A stretch of DNA of 31,631 nt from Acidimicrobiales bacterium. GTDB taxonomy: Bacteria > Actinomycetota > Acidimicrobiia > Acidimicrobiales > UBA8190. The stretch lies in contig DATJOV010000082.1 in assembly GCA_035506735.1 (NCBI GenBank), forward strand, positions 1 through 31,631, written 5' to 3'. Shown in pieces: positions 27,249 to 31,631 of this stretch (its first letter is position 1; the number at the start of each line of letters is the position of its first letter). The notes beneath the pieces are model-generated. The model did no database searches. It saw only the letters and a list, made by a program, of their open reading frames with translations, and was not told the origin of the DNA. The translations under genes were made by a program, and so were the position numbers.

Positions 27249-28499
27249 ATGCGTGTCATCCTCAGCGACGACCACCTCCCCCAGGCGTGGTTCAACGTGG
27301 TGCCCCACCTGCCCGGGCCGCTCCAACCGCCCCTGCACCCCGGCACCCGCCAGCCCGTGGGCCCCGACGACCTGGCGCCGCTGTTCCCCATGGCCCTCAT
27401 CGCCCAGGAGGTGAGCGCCGAGCCCTGGGTCGACATCCCGGGCGAGGTCCTCGACGTGCTGCGCTCGTGGCGCCCCACACCCCTGGTCCGGGCCACGCGC
27501 CTCGAGCAGGCCCTGGGCACGCCGGCCCGCATCTACTACAAGGACGAGTCGGTCTCGCCCGCCGGGTCCCACAAGCCCAACACGGCGGTGGCCCAGGCCT
27601 TCTACAACAAGGCCGAGGGTGTGGCCCGCCTCACCACCGAGACCGGCGCCGGGCAGTGGGGCAGCGCCCTGGCCTTCGCCACGGCCCGCTTCGGGATGGA
27701 GTGCAAGGTCTACATGGTGCGGGCCTCGTTCAACCAGAAGCCCTACCGCCGGGTGATGATGGAGGTGTGGGGGGCCGACGTCGAGCCCTCCCCCGTGGAC
27801 GACCCCGACCACCCCGGCTCCCTCGGCTCGGCCATCAGCGACGCCGTGCGCGACGCGGCCGGGCGCGACGACAGCCACTACTCGCTCGGCTCGGTGCTCA
27901 ACCACGTGCTCCTGCACCAGACCGTGATCGGCCTCGAGGCCAAGGAGCAGCTGGCCCTGGCGGGCGAGGAGCGCCCCGATATCGTCATCGGGTCGTGCGG
28001 GGGCGGTTCGAACCTCGGGGGCATCTCCCTCCCCTTCGTCCCCGACGCCGGCGTCGACATCCTGGCGGCGGAGCCCGCCTCGTGCCCCACTCTCACGGCG
28101 GGGCGCTTCGAGTACGACTTCGGCGACACCGCCGGCATGACGCCCCTGCTGGCCATGTACACCCTGGGCCACGACTTCGTCCCGCCCGCCATCCACGCCG
28201 GCGGCCTGCGCTACCACGGGGACGCCCCCATCGTGTGCAACCTGGTGCAGCACGGCCGCATGCGGGCCGTGGCCTACCCCCAGGGCAAGGTGTTCGACGC
28301 CGCCGTGCAGTTCGCCCGCACCGAGGGCACCATCCCCGCACCCGAGACGGCCCACGCCATCCGGGCCGTCATCGACGAGGCCCTGGCCGCCAAGGAGCGG
28401 GGCGAGGAGAAGGTCATCCTGTTCTCCTACTCCGGCCACGGCCTGCTCGACCTGGGCGCCTACGACGACTACCTCCACGGTCGCCTGATCGAGGCCTGA
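27249..28499 (+). CDS. trpB2: Stand-alone TrpB2 (tryptophan synthase beta-like PLP enzyme)
   Basis: [39 protein letters not shown] (PLP Lys), [52 protein letters not shown]; -10-like TACAGT at 27168-27173; no adjacent trpA. Confidence 0.93.
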   Translation: MRVILSDDHLPQAWFNVVPHLPGPLQPPLHPGTRQPVGPDDLAPLFPMALIAQEVSAEPWVDIPGEVLDVLRSWRPTPLVRATRLEQALGTPARIYYKDESVSPAGSHKPNTAVAQAFYNKAEGVARLTTETGAGQWGSALAFATARFGMECKVYMVRASFNQKPYRRVMMEVWGADVEPSPVDDPDHPGSLGSAISDAVRDAAGRDDSHYSLGSVLNHVLLHQTVIGLEAKEQLALAGEERPDIVIGSCGGGSNLGGISLPFVPDAGVDILAAEPASCPTLTAGRFEYDFGDTAGMTPLLAMYTLGHDFVPPAIHAGGLRYHGDAPIVCNLVQHGRMRAVAYPQGKVFDAAVQFARTEGTIPAPETAHAIRAVIDEALAAKERGEEKVILFSYSGHGLLDLGAYDDYLHGRLIEA

Positions 28500-28516
28500 C
28501 GCCGGGCCCGTGCCGC

Positions 28517-29665
28517 TCAGGTCCCGGGGGCGTCGAAGCGCAGCTGCTCGTCCCGGCCGGGAGGGGCGGGCGGGGACGGCGCCGGGGCGGGATGGAGCCG
28601 GCCCCGGCGCCCCGGTGCGGTGCCCCCCGGGGCGGTGACCGCGGCCGGGAGGTGCCCCACCCGGTCGCCGGCGTCGGGGCGCCGGCGCCGGCCCGTCACC
28701 GCGTCCACGCGGGCCTCGATGGCCACCTGGACGGGGCGGGGCAGGTAGGCGCGGCGGCCGTAGCGGGGGGCGATCTCGGCGTGCAGGGCCGGGCGCGCTC
28801 GGCGCAGGGACTCGAGGAAGTGCTCCTTCACCCCGGGCCGCAGGTGCAGGACGATGGGCGTGACCGACACCGCCCCGGCGTCGAGGCAGGCCCGGGCCAC
28901 GGCCTCGAGCTGCTCCTCGCCGTCGCTCCACCCCGGGATGACCGGGGCCACCAGGACCCCGGTGGGGATGCCGGCGGCGTTGAGGCGCCGCACCGCCTCG
29001 ACCCGCTGGCGGGGATGGGGGGTGCCGGGCTCGGTGGCGCGCCACACCTCCTCGTCCAGGGTGCCGATGGAGAGGTTGCAGTGCACCGTGGTGCGCGCCG
29101 CCGCCGCCACCAGGACGTCGAGGTCGCGCAGGATCAGCGTCGACTTGGTGAGGATCGAGAAGGGATTGCCGGCCTCGCCCAGGGCCTCCACGATGCCCCG
29201 GGTCAGGTGGTAGCGGCCCTCGGCCCGCTGGTACGGATCGGTGTTGGTGCCCATGGCGATCGGATCGCCGCCCCAGGTGCGGGCCCGCAGCTCGGCCCGG
29301 ACCCGCTCCACGGCGTTCACCTTCACCACCAGCTTGCGCTCGAAGTCCTCCCCCAGCCCGAGCCCCAGGTACTCGTGGGTGGGCCGGGCGAAGCAGTAGG
29401 TGCAGGCGTGGCTGCACCCCCGGTAGGCGTTGATGGTGTAGCGGAAGGGCAGCTGCGAGGCGGCCGGGACCTCGTTGATGACCCGCCGGGCGTTGACGTG
29501 GAGGAACTCGAGGCCGCGGTAGGCGCCCACCCCCACGTGCCGGTCGACCAGCTCCTCCTGGTCGAAGAGCATGGGCTGGCCCCCGTCGTCCTCGGCCCGG
29601 CGCCACCGCAGGGCCGAGGCTCGGGGGGCCGAGGGTCGGGGGGTGGTGCCGGACGCCGCCTCCAC
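28517..29665 (-). CDS. Rv2578c-family (SplB-like) radical SAM protein
   Basis: LPFRYTINAYRGCSHACTYCFARPTHEYL (CxxxCxxC), MGTNTDPYQRAEGRY, SILTKSTL, EPGTP. GTG 29665 is 7 nt after TAGGAT; the alternative ATG 29674 overlaps that hexamer. Confidence 0.92.
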   Translation of the reverse strand: MEAASGTTPRPSAPRASALRWRRAEDDGGQPMLFDQEELVDRHVGVGAYRGLEFLHVNARRVINEVPAASQLPFRYTINAYRGCSHACTYCFARPTHEYLGLGLGEDFERKLVVKVNAVERVRAELRARTWGGDPIAMGTNTDPYQRAEGRYHLTRGIVEALGEAGNPFSILTKSTLILRDLDVLVAAAARTTVHCNLSIGTLDEEVWRATEPGTPHPRQRVEAVRRLNAAGIPTGVLVAPVIPGWSDGEEQLEAVARACLDAGAVSVTPIVLHLRPGVKEHFLESLRRARPALHAEIAPRYGRRAYLPRPVQVAIEARVDAVTGRRRRPDAGDRVGHLPAAVTAPGGTAPGRRGRLHPAPAPSPPAPPGRDEQLRFDAPGT

Positions 29666-29688
29666 GGGGGCCATCCTAGCCCCTGAGG

Positions 29689-29702
29689 CGAACACGTGTT
29701 CG
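29689..29702. promoter_or_regulatory. LexA (SOS) box CGAAC-N4-GTTCG
   Basis: Perfect 14-bp palindrome CGAACACGTGTTCG matching the Gram-positive/actinobacterial LexA consensus, 10 nt upstream of the -10 TAGGAT (29678..29673). Confidence 0.9.
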
Positions 29703-29764
29703 ACCGGAGCCGGGGGCGGGCCGTGCCCGGCCGGGGGGACGGCCCCCGGAGGGAGGCCGGGGCG

Positions 29765-31483
29765 GTGCCGTACCATGGGGGCATACCCCCTGGAATCCCC
29801 CCCTCTTGGGGCCGGCGCGACGACTGGGCGCCTCCGGGCCGGGGCTCGCTCAGCCGGCGCCGGTTCCTCAAGGCCTCGGGCGCCGGTGTCGGGCTCGCCG
29901 CCCTGGGTGGCGCCGCCTACGCCGCCGACCGTGCCCTGGGCGCCGGCCCGCCGCGCCGGGCCACCCACGCCCGGCACCGCCGGCCGGCCCACGCCGACGT
30001 CGTGCGCACGGTGCACCTCGACAGCGGGGTGGAGGTGCCCTCGGCCCAGTGGATGGTGGAGGAGAACCAGCGTCCCGGCACCCTCGAGTGGGTCATGGTC
30101 TCCTCCACCCAGATCTCGGGCTACAGCGACCACGTGAGCGCCGTGGCGGGGGACGAGGTCACCCTGTACGTGGACCCGCCGCCGGTGCCCTACACCGTGA
30201 CCCTGTACCGCATGGGCTACTACGGCGGCCTCGGCGCCCGGGCCGTTTGGCGCTCGGGCCCCCTCACCGGAGCGGGGCCCCAGCCCGCCCCCACCACGGA
30301 GCCGGGGACCAACATGGTCGAGTGCCAGTGGCAGCCGAGCGTGCGGGTGCCCATCGGCGAGGACTGGCCCCCCGGGGCCTACCTCTTCAAGCTCACCGCC
30401 GGAGCCTCGGAGGCCTTCGGCGGCTACATCCCCCTGTGCGTGCGCGACGACGACAGCACCGCCGCCTACGCCATCATGCACTCGGTCACCACCTGGCAGG
30501 CCTACAACACCTGGGGAACCCGCAGCCTCTACGTGGGCCCGGGCGACGCCGGGGTCACGGGTGAGGCGGGGGGCACGGACCGCTCACGGGTGGTCTCCTT
30601 CGACCGCCCCTACGACCAGCGGGGCTGGGGCGCCCCCGACTTCATGGGCAACGAGTACCCCGTGATCTTCCGGGCCGAGGCGCTGGGCCTCGACGCCACC
30701 TACGTCACCGATCTCGACGTCCACCAGGACCCGGCCCGCCTCCTTCGCCACCGCTGTCTGTTCAGCTTGGGCCACGACGAGTACTGGTCGAGCGCCATGC
30801 GCGACGGGGCCACGACGGCCCTGGCCCGGGGCACCAACTTCGCCTTCCTCGGGGCCAACGCCGTCTACCGCCACATCCGGGTGGAGGACTCCCCCCTCGG
30901 GGCCAACCGCCGACAGGTCTGCTACAAGACGGACCTGGCCCAGGAGGACCCCCTGTGGGGCGTGGACCCGGCCGAGGTCACCGCCAACTGGCCCGATCCC
31001 CCCGTGCCCCGCCCCGAGCAGCAGCTCATCGGCTGCCAGTACGCCGACGTGGCTGCCAAGGCCGACCTCGTGGTGGGGGACGCCTCGGCATGGGTCTTCG
31101 ACGGCACGGGGGTCACCGACGGGCAGCACCTCACCCTGGTGGTGGAGGGCGAGTACGACCACTACTCCCCCGGGCTCCCCGGGACGCCGCCCGACGTCAC
31201 CATCCTGGCCCACTCCCCCGTCCCCAACCGCGGCCCGGGATCGGTCTCGGACATGACCTACTACAGCGTCCCGGGCGGGGGCGGCGTCTTCGCCTCGGGC
31301 TCAGCCTCCTTCGTTGGCAAGATGGCCGACGCCCCCCGGGTGCCGGCCGCCATCGTCAACCCCGCCGTCCCCGGGGTGACCGACGTCCTGCTGCGCATGA
31401 TGGACAACGTCTTCTCGGTGTTCGGGGCCGGGCCGGCCTCGGCCACCCAACCCTCGAGCGCCAACTGGGAGCAGTTCGCCTGA
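29765..31483 (+). CDS. Tat-exported DUF6605 / N,N-dimethylformamidase large-subunit-like protein
   Basis: Tat motif SRRRFLK (29852-29872) plus hydrophobic helix; TWQAYNTWG..SLY, VSFDRPY, YVTDLDVH, LGHDEYWS, AFLGANAVY. GTG 29765 has SD GGAGG 8 nt upstream. Confidence 0.85.
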   Translation: MPYHGGIPPGIPPSWGRRDDWAPPGRGSLSRRRFLKASGAGVGLAALGGAAYAADRALGAGPPRRATHARHRRPAHADVVRTVHLDSGVEVPSAQWMVEENQRPGTLEWVMVSSTQISGYSDHVSAVAGDEVTLYVDPPPVPYTVTLYRMGYYGGLGARAVWRSGPLTGAGPQPAPTTEPGTNMVECQWQPSVRVPIGEDWPPGAYLFKLTAGASEAFGGYIPLCVRDDDSTAAYAIMHSVTTWQAYNTWGTRSLYVGPGDAGVTGEAGGTDRSRVVSFDRPYDQRGWGAPDFMGNEYPVIFRAEALGLDATYVTDLDVHQDPARLLRHRCLFSLGHDEYWSSAMRDGATTALARGTNFAFLGANAVYRHIRVEDSPLGANRRQVCYKTDLAQEDPLWGVDPAEVTANWPDPPVPRPEQQLIGCQYADVAAKADLVVGDASAWVFDGTGVTDGQHLTLVVEGEYDHYSPGLPGTPPDVTILAHSPVPNRGPGSVSDMTYYSVPGGGGVFASGSASFVGKMADAPRVPAAIVNPAVPGVTDVLLRMMDNVFSVFGAGPASATQPSSANWEQFA

Positions 31484-31612
31484 TCGCCTCAGCTAAGCCC
31501 AGATCCACCGATCCGGGGCTGGACAACTGATGCGGACCGCTCGGTGAGCCGTCGACGACCCGGCTGACGGCGGGCGACCGGCGCCGGGGCGTGAGATGTC
31601 AGGAGGTTGGCG

Positions 31613-31631
31613 GTGATGGAGCTGGCCGCCC
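31613..31631 (+). CDS. Probable 5' end of a gene running off the window (GTG 31613 / ATG 31616, MELAA...)
   Basis: AGGAGG at 31601-31606 followed by GTG ATG GAG CTG GCC GCC; too short to identify. Confidence 0.45.

Noticed and set aside
31496-31520. Hairpin AGCCCAGATC-CACC-GATCCGGGGCT as an intrinsic terminator
   Set aside because: The stem has a mismatch and a bulge and there is no U-tract; too weak to call.

Overview
Very GC-rich actinobacterial chromosome segment; gene content and order suggest Acidimicrobiia (inference). Most of it is a long minus-strand housekeeping cluster: HAD-IIA phosphatase, phasin/H1-like protein, tlyA, nadK, recN, pyrG, NUDIX hydrolase, xerD, DksA/TraR zinc finger, site-2 protease, scpA, scpB, rluB, tyrA, aroA, cmk, plsC, DUF512 radical SAM, der and a small Zn-ribbon protein. 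trpS and ispH+MFS interrupt it on the plus strand. The left end holds partial purU, tRNA-Pro(GGG) and an accessory trio (GT-C-like membrane protein, GT2 polyprenol-phosphate glycosyltransferase, exported pentapeptide-repeat protein). The right end holds a stand-alone TrpB2, an Rv2578c-like radical SAM gene and a Tat-exported DUF6605/DMFase-like protein. No CRISPR array, transposase or prophage was seen. Most notable observations: (1) six diverged 27-nt tandem copies at the start of der that repeat the first beta-strand of GTPase domain 1; (2) a perfect LexA box over the promoter of a radical SAM protein that carries two beta-clamp-like motifs; (3) widespread leaderless TANNNT promoters, including a mirror-symmetric bidirectional one and four cases where an upstream TAG stop supplies the -10 hexamer; (4) a probable CTG start for tlyA. 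Start codons were refined by eye from SD, -10 and overlap signals. Family assignments come from motif recognition, not database searches.
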